From an uncultured Heliobacteriaceae bacterium (lineage in GTDB: Bacteria > Acidobacteriota > Blastocatellia > RBC074): 64,000 nt of DNA. The stretch is from positions 2,632 through 66,631 of the forward strand of contig CAYXVZ010000024.1 of NCBI GenBank assembly GCA_964468345.1, written 5' to 3'. Made by a program: the position numbers and the translations under genes. Below are positions 20,301-29,427 of the stretch, piece after piece. The stretch's first letter is position 1. Every line of letters starts with the position of its first letter. A model generated the notes under the pieces. That model had not been told where the DNA came from and did no database searches. It saw only the letters and a list, made by a program, of their open reading frames with translations.

Positions 20301-20687
20301 GGTGTTGATGACCGCCGCGCCGCCTTCCACCGTCACGGTTTCGCCAATCGAGCCGACCTGCAAGACCGCATCCACGCGGACCACCTGACGCGCATCCAGC
20401 GAATAATCGTTTTGAGCGAAGGACTTGAATCCGTCCTTTTGCACAACGACGTTATAGCGGCCGGCTTTCAGGTTCGGCGCTTCATAATTGCCGCCTCCGT
20501 CCGTCTCGACCTCGCGCGTGGTGTTTTCGCTCTGGCTCGTAATTCTGACCTTGGCATTCGAAATCACCGCGCCTTTGTCATCCGTTACCGTGCCGCGAAT
20601 CGTTCCAAAAATCGACTGCGCGTCTGAAGCAAAGGGTAAGCACGCAAACATGAACACAAGCAGCAATGCGCCGAAGACCCATCTCAT
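17337..20687 (-). CDS. TonB-dependent receptor-like outer membrane protein with an N-terminal carboxypeptidase-regulatory-like domain
   Basis: Signal peptide (MRWVFGALLLVFMFACLPFASDAQS), CarboxypepD_reg-like segment (TIRGTVTDDKGAVISNAKVRITS...GNYEAPNLKAGRYNVVV), a plug/barrel-sized body of 1116 aa, C-terminal ...QFAIRLSF. Confidence 0.85.
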   Translation of the reverse strand: MRWVFGALLLVFMFACLPFASDAQSIFGTIRGTVTDDKGAVISNAKVRITSQSENTTREVETDGGGNYEAPNLKAGRYNVVVQKDGFKSFAQNDYSLDARQVVRVDAVLQVGSIGETVTVEGGAAVINTETQTISSSFDAQKVLSLPANFRGNRSTSPYNLLSALPGVQSDNGFNFSIQGALPHQTEVSVDGISTVNIRSNGPLRDNFPSAESISEMKVQAVGNNAEYGQVADITTTSKGGTNQFHGAAFNYHQNAALDAKPLGSPSKPGKVANTFGGTFSGPIFKDRTFFLGAYEGMRFRSSSTIQNTVPTADLRRGVFTTAILDPLTRTNFANNTIPDNRIAPAAKKILELYPQPNFNATVGNFRINRPSPIESNQFDIRIDHNLTGKQSIFGRYTWKNIDQTAPSNLALPSRTVFEKNRNLVLSHNYTISSSLLNEFRFGRTYRDSGATLPFDTIAFTNSLGLTGLGNLRQDVLPNIVFSGITSNLSNNRNKVESSLYQFNNNTTWSRGRHTFKFGVDYRRLGTNDVTSFTSGDDAGVHNFRGIFTGNDFADFLLGLPASTTVAVVNVDVEGVANHYHFYGQDSFKINPKLTLEYGLRYELHPPFQDKNFNIGNFDRNTPRTGRVIIPSNPKALAITPQSFLSVINACPAPNSALGVPCTPVLSAKDAGFPEGLRFTDKRNFNPRFGFAYRPFDNGKTVVRGGFGVYTMTILGSVFYSLTASTSSDVREFVNSQTATGPAYSWPNTRAGGARTSALGTADFRTANHDKFQDPYSMQWNLTVEREIGWNLGLRLSYIGMRGVQLPFAPDLNQPLPSTTPFASRPLTDRPFPNWNIIYSRDTGANSIYNAFQVEASRRLRNGFTLQSAWTFSKNLSDAMGPASPGFSAENGGGRVSNSLNRRGDRGNVGFNRRHRWITTTLYDLPFGKGKAYGANWNPFVNAVLGGWRLSSIFLVQTGTFLTPTIGNGDPSGTNGPSRGSQRPDLVAGQDGNLESPTADRWFNRSAFTCPGGTVGQANQFNCAGVAPIGRFGTAGVGTLVGPGAINLSMGLAKDFRITERIGLKFEGSFTNLPNHPNLADPGTNISNASFGVITSARGADAGGNRVGQFAIRLSF

Positions 20688-20930
20688 ATGAGTTCCCTCC
20701 TGTTGGTTGGGTTAAGGTAGCGACCACACCCGCGCACCGCCTTCTATGGATGCGTCGTTCCCCTGGCGAATAAAAACCTCTGGCTGGGTATGGCGATGAA
20801 TTGTTATTGAAGGAATTCCCCGATAAAGATTGGTCAGCTTATCGAATGCAGGCTAAGCCCGTGTTATGGGAAACTCAAAAGCGGGTAATGTTTCAGTCAA
20901 GCGGGCCGGCGCGCCCTGTGAATATCCTTC

Positions 20931-22364
20931 TTAACAGGTCGGTGGAAAAAACGGGACTGTCATCGCTGCATTCGTAGTTCGCGTGAGCGCGGGCAGATTC
21001 CGCCCGTGGCCGCGCGTGAGCAGGCTGCCGGTCAGCGAAGCATTATTGAGCAATCCAAACTTCATCCATCCTGAACGCCCGGCCGGAATGATCTCGGAAA
21101 ATTTGGGCGTGGTGGCGGGAAAGTCTTCAGAAAACGTAACGGAAAGCTGCGGGCGGTTCGAGGTGAAACGGAATGCAAAAGGCTTGGCGGCATCGTCGAA
21201 CACCGTTCCGTTGCCCTCGCCGATCGGAGGCAGCGGGGTTCGCAAATCGCCGCCGAATCGATTCACGATCAGCAGCGTCTGAATGCCATCGGCGATAGAG
21301 CCGATGGGCGCAAGCGCCAGCAGAGAAGGCGCTGTCGCATAGTTCGTTCCATCAAAGCGGAGCGTCGTCACTGACGCGCCGGCCGGGCAGGAAACATCCG
21401 CGATCGCCGGAAATGTTTCGGCGGAAAGATTCGCTGCCTGTCCGTTGCCGAGTTTTATAAAAGCCTCGCCGAGCAGGGAATTGGCTTTCACCGGGCAGCC
21501 GGTGATCGGGTCCGAAGCGACGACGATCAGATACCCTGTGGTTCCTGGATCAATGTCCGATGTCAGAAAGGCTGTCGTTTTGCCGGGCGGAAGGCAGAGA
21601 AAACCATCCTCAATGATGCCGTCCTCGCCATTGATGAAAAACAGATGCGCCGTCACGGCTTTGATGGAAGATGCATTGGTCAGGCTGATCCGCGTGTCAT
21701 GCTCCGCGCGATTGAGCGGATCGGAGGAAAATAGATTGAACACGAGAACCGAACCCTGTTGCAGATCTTCCGCCGGTTGCGGTGGCGCGGGCTGTATGCG
21801 TTGGGTCGTCGTATAAATCTGATCGCCGGAACTGTTGCCGTTGTTGTCGGCCTGATTTCCAGCGGCGTAAAAAGTAACGGCTCCGACATCCGTGGCCGGT
21901 GCGGTCCATCGCACGCGCCATGAGGCCGCGCCGATCTGTTCCGGATACGTGCCGGCGGCCGTATGCTGTATGTATTCCCGCTCGAAGCCGGGAAGTCGCT
22001 CTTCGACGATCTGGGTCAGGTTGCCCAGATTTTGAAAGCTTCCTGCTCTGGCATTCGTTCCTGTCAACGCCGTCAGTTGAAACCCCCAGCGCGCGCGGCT
22101 CAGATCATTCGTGGCATGCCGGATTTCGATTTCATAGGATTTGCCCGGTTCATACTCGCGCGGCGCGAGGATCGTGAATCTGCCCGGACCCGTATTCCGA
22201 TTGGAGCCGTGACACTCTCCCGTCGCGCACGTCAATTCGCCCGGCGCCCCGGTTCGTCCCGGATCAGGGCCGCCTGAAAAGGCTGCGGAGCGGGGCACGA
22301 TGCGGTTGTCCAAAAATAACAGAGCAATCCCAAGTCCAATAACAATGAGTTTGATGGTTTTCAC
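20931..22364 (-). CDS. Secreted hypothetical protein (signal peptide; contains CATGECHG; Gly/Thr/Asn-rich)
   Basis: N-terminal signal MKTIKLIVIGLGIALLFL. No confidently recognised domain. Lies upstream of, and co-oriented with, the TBDR gene. Confidence 0.45.
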   Translation of the reverse strand: MKTIKLIVIGLGIALLFLDNRIVPRSAAFSGGPDPGRTGAPGELTCATGECHGSNRNTGPGRFTILAPREYEPGKSYEIEIRHATNDLSRARWGFQLTALTGTNARAGSFQNLGNLTQIVEERLPGFEREYIQHTAAGTYPEQIGAASWRVRWTAPATDVGAVTFYAAGNQADNNGNSSGDQIYTTTQRIQPAPPQPAEDLQQGSVLVFNLFSSDPLNRAEHDTRISLTNASSIKAVTAHLFFINGEDGIIEDGFLCLPPGKTTAFLTSDIDPGTTGYLIVVASDPITGCPVKANSLLGEAFIKLGNGQAANLSAETFPAIADVSCPAGASVTTLRFDGTNYATAPSLLALAPIGSIADGIQTLLIVNRFGGDLRTPLPPIGEGNGTVFDDAAKPFAFRFTSNRPQLSVTFSEDFPATTPKFSEIIPAGRSGWMKFGLLNNASLTGSLLTRGHGRNLPALTRTTNAAMTVPFFPPTC

Positions 22365-22389
22365 GGGGCCTCGCGTGTATGTCTAAGAA

Positions 22390-22548
22390 CTAAATCAGGC
22401 CAAGCAAGAGAGGCACAAATCACGAAGAAACGAAGATCACGAAGAAAAGATAGAAGGGATAATTCATGCGTCTTTCTTCGTGTTCTTCGTTTCTTCGTGG
22501 TAAAAGCTTTGCCCCAAAGTTGATTGCACTGATTTAGATCGGATTTCT
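22390..22548. repeat. MITE/REP-like repeat family A copy 3
   Basis: ctaaatcaggccaagcaagagaggcacaaatcacgaagaaacgaagatcacgaagaaaag ... ctttcttcgtgttcttcgtttcttcgtggtaaaagctttgccccaaagttgattgcactgatttagatc. Confidence 0.7.
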
Positions 22549-22696
22549 TCTGCAAGTGTGGACGTCCCGAGAATTTTTGCCACGAATATTCACGAATGAA
22601 CACCAATGAACTTCAGCAAACATGGCGTCATTTGTGCATATTCGTGAGCATTCGTGGCTGACCATACATGCAACTGCAAACCGATCTAAATCCGAT
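22541..22696. repeat. MITE-like repeat family B copy 3. It shares its terminal ttagatc with the adjacent family A copy.
   Basis: gatttagatcggatttcttctgcaagtgtgg ... gccacgaatattcacgaatgaacaccaatga ... cattcgtggctgaccatacatgcaactgcaaaccgatctaaatc. TIR confirmed by reverse-complement comparison. Confidence 0.7.
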
Positions 22697-23729
22697 CACG
22701 ATGGACAAAGAAGGAAAGCTGCGCGCCGGTGACCATGCTGCGGCCGGTGTATAAAAACACGGCGAGCCATGATGCCTGTATGAACAGCAGCGCAAGCGGA
22801 TCCCAGAGCGCGCGCAGGCCCGCGCCGATTTGCACGACCGGGACCGTTCCGGCGGGCATGACAAACACGATGGCAATCGAATACAGCACGAGCAGCAGCG
22901 ACATTACCTGATAGGCGGAGATCGTTTCCGCTTTGCCGCGCAGATCCGAACGAAACAGCTCGGAAAAGAACCGCCAGAGCTGTGTTGCAACAGTCGTGAA
23001 CACCAGGGACGCGGCGAAGCGGCTATTGAGATAGAGCAGCGTCCCGATCAAACCGATCACCGTCAGCACGATTGCCGTGATGGCCTGAATGGGAACCACG
23101 CGGACGCCTTCCAGGCCGCCTTCATAAGCCACTTTCTTCGTCGCGCCCGTGAAGGTGAAATGCAGCGAATCGAAAAGCCGTTGATATCGCGGCGAAAGCG
23201 ATTCGACGCGCTTGCCGTAACAGCAGCCGAAGCTGATGCAGGCCAGGCGGCCGAAGCCTTCCGCATAGGCATAGGCCGTTACGGCGGCGGCGAAGATCGG
23301 CAATACCGAGAACTCGATGTCGAATGCCGCATTGACGGCGCGAATCAGCAAGGGCGCCGCCAGCGCGCCGACAAAGGACGCGCCGCCGATGGTGAAGGTA
23401 TAGGCTTTTTTCTCTACGATGGCGGCGATCAATCGCGCGGCCGGCCAGCAGATCGCAAAAAAAGCCGCGCCCAGCGCGAAGATCGCCAGCAGCGGATAAC
23501 CGATTCCGCCGAGCAGCAAGATCAACATCAGGAAGCCGAAGACATTGGCCGTGGCGACGAAAAATCCGTAATAGGTCAGATTCAGGCCGCGCCAATCGCC
23601 GGACTCGGTCTTGCCTATCGGAACGGCAGCCAGAATCTGCCATTGCTCCTGGGGAAGCCGGCGAAAAGCCCAGCGAAAGAATGCCGCAATCAGAAGACAT
23701 AAAAGAACGAGAAAGAATGCATTGCTCAT
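22686..23729 (-). CDS. Polytopic integral membrane protein, possibly an Lgt-like (prolipoprotein diacylglyceryl transferase family) lipid transferase
   Basis: About 8 TM helices. The GRLACISFGCCYGK segment and a C-terminal ISAYQVMSLL segment are weakly reminiscent of the Lgt G(R)xGNFxN.E.yG / PSQLYE regions. Last gene of a three-gene minus-strand operon. Weak assignment. Confidence 0.35.
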   Translation of the reverse strand: MSNAFFLVLLCLLIAAFFRWAFRRLPQEQWQILAAVPIGKTESGDWRGLNLTYYGFFVATANVFGFLMLILLLGGIGYPLLAIFALGAAFFAICWPAARLIAAIVEKKAYTFTIGGASFVGALAAPLLIRAVNAAFDIEFSVLPIFAAAVTAYAYAEGFGRLACISFGCCYGKRVESLSPRYQRLFDSLHFTFTGATKKVAYEGGLEGVRVVPIQAITAIVLTVIGLIGTLLYLNSRFAASLVFTTVATQLWRFFSELFRSDLRGKAETISAYQVMSLLLVLYSIAIVFVMPAGTVPVVQIGAGLRALWDPLALLFIQASWLAVFLYTGRSMVTGAQLSFFVHRDRI

Positions 23730-24799
23730 ACAAGTCCTCCCACGACGGCAGCCAGGACCTGCTGCCTGTATTTTGCATTGCTTGTACTGGTCGCGATTTG
23801 CGAGCGGACTTCGACTTCGGTTTCAACCAGGGGGCGGCCGAAGCCCGCGGAAAAACGACTCTGCACGCCTGCGCGCTGCTGGTTGTGCAGCAGATCCTGG
23901 TCGAAGGCCACGCGACCCGGTTCAAAGAGCAGGACATCGGTGCTGCTGCCCGGTCGATAGAGACTTTTCGGGCAGCCGCGCTCGACGAACATTCCAGGCA
24001 TGACCGGGCGCGGCTCGTCATACTTTTCGCGGCTGTAACATTGCACGACCTCGCCGATCATCAGCGCCGTGACCTCGATCATGGCCACGAGGCCGACCTG
24101 GCTGCCGTCCGCGACATCCGTATCGATGATCGTGACCGTGCGCGTGTTCTTGGAATACGGCGTGACCTCGGCAACGATGGCCGCGGGATTGCAGGCGTGA
24201 TAATTCCCGCGGACTTCATACACATCGCGAATCACCCCGGCCACGGGCGTGTGATTGTAATGATATTTGTCGGGCGTCAGCCGAAAGATGGCGAAGCTGC
24301 CGCGGGCAAAGGCCGCCAGCCACGCTCGTTTCTCGCGGCCGAGCAATTCCGCCAGGTCGAAGAATTTGTTTTTGAGAAACAGGACCGAGGTTTCACTGAG
24401 CGAGCCGACCAGCACGCGCGAATCGGCGGGCGAAACAATGATGGTTTCGTCTTCCGGCATCGGCCGGCAGTCCCAGTAGCGAATCTTTCGTTCGAAGACC
24501 TTGCGCACCGAATCGAGCGCCTCGGGCGGGTCGAGCGCTTCGTCGAGATCGACGCCGCATTCGGCCAGGAATTTCCGATTGCCTGAGAGCGCGCCGCCGA
24601 TGGGCAGGTCATAGTTCAGCCATCCGAGCAGGCCGGTCGTCCGGCGGCTGATGGCGAATTTGAACACCATGGGCGCGACCTCGCGCGCGCTGCCATAGAG
24701 ATGACGAACGATCGGATCGTTAAAGAGCCGTTCATTCCGCGGCTGCCCTGAGCGTCGATCAATATACTGGTGCGGCAATGCGCTGAACGCTTTTTTCAT
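23726..24799 (-). CDS. Phosphatidylserine decarboxylase-like protein (pyruvoyl-dependent PSD family)
   Basis: PSD motifs FAIFRLTPDKYHYNHTPVAG (FxRLxPxDYHRxHxP) and the GST self-cleavage site in PGSSTDVLLFE. Confidence 0.72.
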   Translation of the reverse strand: MKKAFSALPHQYIDRRSGQPRNERLFNDPIVRHLYGSAREVAPMVFKFAISRRTTGLLGWLNYDLPIGGALSGNRKFLAECGVDLDEALDPPEALDSVRKVFERKIRYWDCRPMPEDETIIVSPADSRVLVGSLSETSVLFLKNKFFDLAELLGREKRAWLAAFARGSFAIFRLTPDKYHYNHTPVAGVIRDVYEVRGNYHACNPAAIVAEVTPYSKNTRTVTIIDTDVADGSQVGLVAMIEVTALMIGEVVQCYSREKYDEPRPVMPGMFVERGCPKSLYRPGSSTDVLLFEPGRVAFDQDLLHNQQRAGVQSRFSAGFGRPLVETEVEVRSQIATSTSNAKYRQQVLAAVVGGLV

Positions 24800-27146
24800 C
24801 CAAGATCCTTTCGGCCTTGCCGATATCCTGCCCGATCGACAGCAGACAGAGATTGAGCAGGCGAACCAAATCGGAGTCCGAAATCGAATTCTCGAGTATC
24901 GCGGAACGCATCTCCGTCGTGAACTCCTCGGGCGGGCGGTCCCCTATGCAATGCCGAAGGGCCTGTCGCGCTTCATTGCCCGCGTGTTCGATGTCCCGCG
25001 TGTCTTCTTCAAGAAAGGCGAAGCTCTCCGCAATCTGTCGTTCGCGAAGCTCGTTCCGGTAATAGTCTTCAGCCTGTTGATTGAATTCACGTGCATTCAC
25101 GTACAGAGCCTGGCGTTCCGGGAATCCTTGCAAAATCCCGCGCGTGAGTTTGCCCGCCGCGGAATGCTGCGCCGCATCATGCAGGCGCATGGAAAGGTCT
25201 TCCATGGATTCGCGCATCTCCAGCATTTCAATCAGATCGGCCGCTTCTTCATGGAGCAATTCAACCAGGGCCTGCAGGTAATCCGGGAGTTTGACTCGCA
25301 GATAGCCCGGATAGCGGCGGCTGCTGCGCGTTCGCGTGGTTCGTTTGAGTATCGCCGCCAGCAGGCGGTTCGATGTGTCGCGCCGGACGTAAAACGTCGG
25401 CAGGCCGATCGCCGCCGCAAAAAAGATCTGTCGCCGTTCGCTTTCAATAAACGGATCATCGGGAATGTGGTCGTGCGTGAAGCGTTCCGTGATCTGATAC
25501 TTGAACGCCAGCGCGGTCACCAGCGCCTGCAGATCGGTGGCGCGATGCATGTCTTCGAAGCTTTCAAACAGGCTGTAATGGCGTCCTTCGAACCCGCAAA
25601 ATCCCATCGTCGAAAATTCGCGCAGGCGATAAAGCAGGTATAACGACATCCGGTCATCGAACACGCCGAGGGTCGCCAGATCGCGTTTGAGCCGATCCCC
25701 GTTTCCGAGTTCTCCATCCAGAGCCGGGCTGCGGTCCGTGCTCATCAGCGATGCCAGGTAATCCAGCAACCGGGAATCCGTCACGACATCGCCGCGCAGG
25801 CGAAAGACCGTGCTGAGAATCCGATCGATCCATTGCGGTCCGCATGGCGTCATCGGATAACCGAAGATTTTCAAATCCGCCTTTCCCCGCCAGCGCCGCC
25901 ACAACATGCGCAGGTGCGTGTAATCGAGTTCGTGCGGCAAAAATCCCAGCACCTTTTCCGGATGAAAATCCGAGAACGCGAATCGATAGGGCGCCGCGCT
26001 ATAGGTCCCGACAAACAGCGGCAGAAAATGCTCGACAATCTTGATCGATAGATCGCCGATGACTTTCTCTTCCGCCGCATCGAAACCCGGCAGCTTATCG
26101 CGCCGCGCGCGGGTCAAGAGGCGGCTGCCCAGGCTGATGTGGATTCCGTTATTCGCCAGACTCGTATTCGACACATTGGGCAACACGACGAGGTTATTGA
26201 CGATGATGCCCGCCTCGCGGAGCTTCGCGACGCCATTGAGCTGGCTGCGGCTCAAGGACTGATGGCACAGGTGCATGTAAGCCTGTTTGGATTCCCCGTC
26301 GTCCCAGCCCGATAAACAGGGGCTCATCATCAACTCGCGATAAAACGCATCCGAGATGCAATCGTTGAGCTGTTTCTGCCGCTGGGGCGGATTCGGCGCG
26401 AAATAGATCATCGCCTTCTGGCCGCGCTCTTCCAGTCCCAGCCGGCGATTGGCATACATCACCAGCAATTGCGAAAGCAGGTATCGCTTGGCCGCCTCGC
26501 GCGCCACCCCGCGGGCCATTCCCTCGGACGGTCGCAGCCCCTGGACATAAAAGGAAAACGTCTCGGGCGATGTGTTGTCATTTAAAAAGTGCCCGAGCAA
26601 TCGCAGTCCCGTCGTGCTGAGGACGCGTGGTAAATCCAGTTGCGATCCGATGACATCGGCCAGCGAAAGTTTCAACAGATAGCTGATCGGAACGCGAATA
26701 AAGGGCTCGCCCTCCTGTTCGAAGAAGAAGCGCTGCCAGTCAGAGCGTTTGCCCCGTTTCTGATCCTGTTTGTCCGCGAGCAGGTCGCCATCGAACGTCC
26801 TTCGCGCAAAAGTGCTGAGCATCCGCGCCGGAAAGCGAACCCAACTGTTCTCCCAGATGCCATCGGGATTGTCATTCAAATACCGTTCGAGTTCCGTAAT
26901 GATTCGCCGCGGCGCGTCGCCGGCGGCCACCCGGCGCAGGATATTGATGTAATAGTTGGACTGCTCGATATACAGCGGCAGGTCCACATCGCGCTTCGCC
27001 CCTTCAACAACCGCCTGCAGCTCCGCCTCCGACCCGGCCGTGATGTCCTCCGCCGAAAAGGGCATTTGATTCGACACCGCTCCGCCAGCGCCCGCCGGGC
27101 ACCCCAAGGCTTCGAAAATTCGGCGTAGATTCCGGTTACTCGCCAT
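24759..27146 (-). CDS. Large hypothetical protein (795 aa), no recognised domain. First gene of the operon with the PSD-like and membrane proteins.
   Basis: Long uninterrupted ORF with balanced composition and a 41-nt overlap with the downstream PSD-like gene. No motif recognised by eye. Confidence 0.5.
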   Translation of the reverse strand: MASNRNLRRIFEALGCPAGAGGAVSNQMPFSAEDITAGSEAELQAVVEGAKRDVDLPLYIEQSNYYINILRRVAAGDAPRRIITELERYLNDNPDGIWENSWVRFPARMLSTFARRTFDGDLLADKQDQKRGKRSDWQRFFFEQEGEPFIRVPISYLLKLSLADVIGSQLDLPRVLSTTGLRLLGHFLNDNTSPETFSFYVQGLRPSEGMARGVAREAAKRYLLSQLLVMYANRRLGLEERGQKAMIYFAPNPPQRQKQLNDCISDAFYRELMMSPCLSGWDDGESKQAYMHLCHQSLSRSQLNGVAKLREAGIIVNNLVVLPNVSNTSLANNGIHISLGSRLLTRARRDKLPGFDAAEEKVIGDLSIKIVEHFLPLFVGTYSAAPYRFAFSDFHPEKVLGFLPHELDYTHLRMLWRRWRGKADLKIFGYPMTPCGPQWIDRILSTVFRLRGDVVTDSRLLDYLASLMSTDRSPALDGELGNGDRLKRDLATLGVFDDRMSLYLLYRLREFSTMGFCGFEGRHYSLFESFEDMHRATDLQALVTALAFKYQITERFTHDHIPDDPFIESERRQIFFAAAIGLPTFYVRRDTSNRLLAAILKRTTRTRSSRRYPGYLRVKLPDYLQALVELLHEEAADLIEMLEMRESMEDLSMRLHDAAQHSAAGKLTRGILQGFPERQALYVNAREFNQQAEDYYRNELRERQIAESFAFLEEDTRDIEHAGNEARQALRHCIGDRPPEEFTTEMRSAILENSISDSDLVRLLNLCLLSIGQDIGKAERILDEKSVQRIAAPVY

Positions 27147-27307
27147 TCCCTCGCTCGGATCCTATTGCTTTGTATTGAGATTATGAGGCGTTCAAAAGGA
27201 AAGGTACTGTAGAAATTTTAACTGCGAGTTAGGACGGGGTTAATTCTTTCTTCTGTTCTGCACAACGATGAAATCAAAAGGCAAGAGGGTATTTACTCAC
27301 GAATTTT

Positions 27308-29023
27308 CGTCCCGGAGGAGATCGCTTAAAAAGTTGCCACCAGCGCCTTCAAGTTGTACGGTACGCAGATCGTGAATTGTTACAGGAAACCACCATGCTC
27401 AAAAACACCTATGAAGTTGAATTGACTCCATTCGACCATCAGGTCTTTGAGACGTTTGTGCCAGCCAATCATTATCTGCGCCAGCTCAAAGCCGCTATTG
27501 ATTTTACTCCCATTCGCAGTCTGGTGGCCGACTGCTACTCCCCCGATCAAGGCCGCGGCGCAATTGACCCGATCCTCCTGATCAAGTTGTCACTTTTACA
27601 GTTTCAATACGATCTGTCGGATGATGGGGTCTTGCGACAAACGCAGGTCGACACCGCCTTTCGGTATTTTCTCGATTGGCCGGCACACAGACCGCTGCCC
27701 GAGCCAAGCCTTCTGTCACAATTTCGGAAGCGACTCTCGGCCGATCGCTTTACCAGAATCTTCAACGAAATTCTCCGACAGGCACGCGCCAATGGATTGG
27801 TAAAGGATCGTCTGCGCCTGAAAGACGCCACTCATCTGATCGCCAATATCGCGGTGCCTTCTACGATTCGGCTTGTTGCCCAGACCCGAGAGCAACTGCT
27901 TTCCGCTGCCGAAGCCTTTGCGCCAGAGCAAGTCGCTCAATATCGGCAAGAGGCGCTCGAGATTCGGCAAACAACTACGGACCTGAAAGATAATGCGCGA
28001 TTGCTCGCGCGCGTCAATCAATTGCGGGTTCTGGTCCAATGGGCCACGGACTGGCAAGAGCGCCTGGACCAAGGCTCGACGTTAGTATCGTCCGATGTTC
28101 ACCAGTCCTTTGTTGCAGCCCTGGCAATCGCACGCAAAGTGATTGGAGATCGCGAGCCAAAAGCGAAAGATCAACTCCGTGCTTTGACCGACACCGACGT
28201 GCGTCGCAGCTATCACGGCGAGTATTACGACGGCTACCTGCTCGATCTGAGCGTAGACGCCGACTCCGGTTTGATTTGCGCGCTGGATGTATTGCCGGCT
28301 AACGCCGACGAAGCCGCAAGTGCCAAGAGTCTGATCGAAAGCGAAGAAGCCGCGCACGGCAATGACATCGAAAGTCTTTCGATGGATTCGATTGGCTACA
28401 ACGGTCCGGCACTTAAAGCGTTGAGCGATGAAGCGGGCGGCCCTCAACTCCAGGTATTTGTTCCCCCCAAGCCTGATTGGTCGGCCACACCAGAACTCTA
28501 TCAACCGGTTGATTTCAAGCTGAACGAAGCGGGCGACGAACTGACTTGCCCAGATGGAAAAACAACACGCAGCCGGCATCGCGACGCGAAAAATCACGGC
28601 TGGGTCTATAACTTCAAAGCCAGTTTATGTGACACCTGCCCGCTGCGTGCCAATTGTATAAAAGCCGACAAGCGTGGCGGTCGCCAAGTATCAAAGAACG
28701 ATTTTCAACCGCAATACGAAGCTGCCAAAGAACGAGCGACGAGTGAAGAGTACAAACAGGTCCGCAAAGAGCACCCCGCAGTCGAAAGGAAACTTGGGGA
28801 ACTGGTACGATGGCACAACGGGAGGCGCGTCCGGTATCGAGGCCGCTTGCGCGTCAAAGTGCAATATCTCCTGCTCGGAATCGTCGCCAACTGCAAACGT
28901 TTTCTCCGCCTCTTAACGGCTGCGCCTGCTGCGCAGCCCGCTTAAGTCGCGGGCAAGAATAAGTGCCGCAGTCTGTCGAGTCGCTGCTTACTTCAGACTT
29001 TTTAAGCAATCTCCGGAGGGACG
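27308..29023 (+). mobile_element. IS1182/IS5-family insertion sequence (about 1.7 kb) with 26-bp imperfect terminal inverted repeats
   Basis: Left end cgtcccggaggagatcgcttaaaaag (27308-27333). Right end ctttttaagcaatctccggagggacg (28998-29023). The reverse complement matches the left end at 22 of 26 positions (a central 3-nt block is internally inverted). Single transposase ORF inside. Confidence 0.6.
27395..28945 (+). CDS. IS1182/IS5-family DDE transposase
   Basis: N-terminal InsH-type domain (ILLIKLSLLQFQYDLSDDGVLRQTQVDTAFRYFLDW), DDE region, C-terminal Cys-rich zinc-ribbon-like tail (CPDGKT...CDTCPLRANC). ATG at 27395; an alternative TTG is at 27377. Confidence 0.8.
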   Translation: MLKNTYEVELTPFDHQVFETFVPANHYLRQLKAAIDFTPIRSLVADCYSPDQGRGAIDPILLIKLSLLQFQYDLSDDGVLRQTQVDTAFRYFLDWPAHRPLPEPSLLSQFRKRLSADRFTRIFNEILRQARANGLVKDRLRLKDATHLIANIAVPSTIRLVAQTREQLLSAAEAFAPEQVAQYRQEALEIRQTTTDLKDNARLLARVNQLRVLVQWATDWQERLDQGSTLVSSDVHQSFVAALAIARKVIGDREPKAKDQLRALTDTDVRRSYHGEYYDGYLLDLSVDADSGLICALDVLPANADEAASAKSLIESEEAAHGNDIESLSMDSIGYNGPALKALSDEAGGPQLQVFVPPKPDWSATPELYQPVDFKLNEAGDELTCPDGKTTRSRHRDAKNHGWVYNFKASLCDTCPLRANCIKADKRGGRQVSKNDFQPQYEAAKERATSEEYKQVRKEHPAVERKLGELVRWHNGRRVRYRGRLRVKVQYLLLGIVANCKRFLRLLTAAPAAQPA

Positions 29024-29188
29024 ATGTGAATGTAGGCAGGCCGTTTACGGCCTGTGACGATAGTCAAATGACCGCGTCCCGTAGGGACGCAACGAATCAA
29101 TGCATCCAATTTCGCACCGTCCCGATGGGACGGTGAAATTTATAATTGCATTTACAGGCCGTAAACGGCCTGCCTACATTCACATCGT
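29021..29188. repeat. Complex palindromic element: perfect 35-bp inverted arms (acgatgtgaatgtaggcaggccgtttacggcctgt) around a 98-bp spacer, with nested hairpins
   Basis: Arms 29021-29055 and 29154-29188 are exact reverse complements. Each arm contains its own hairpin caggccgtttacggcctg. The spacer holds cgtcccgtagggacg and ccgtcccgatgggacgg hairpins. The left arm overlaps the IS right terminal repeat. Confidence 0.7.
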
Positions 29189-29427
29189 GCCTCCGGGACG
29201 GAGAGCCCGTGAGTAATTACCTCCAAATAGGACATGGACTTTGCATATTGCTAACATAAATATTACTTAGGCTGAGTTGGTAATTGATGATAATTTTACA
29301 ATAACTTATCGTAATAAAAATGGACATGCCGGTTACTATAGGTGTTTGTTGCTTGTTTAGTCCAACCTCGAAAAAGAACGCGTAAGAAACTCACATTACC
29401 AACCCTGATTGCTGGAGGTCCATTTCC

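Noticed and set aside
20931-22364. Calling the secreted 477-aa protein a c-type cytochrome because of CATGECHG
   Set aside because: The motif is CxxxxCH, not the canonical CxxCH, and there is no other haem-protein context, so it is left as hypothetical.
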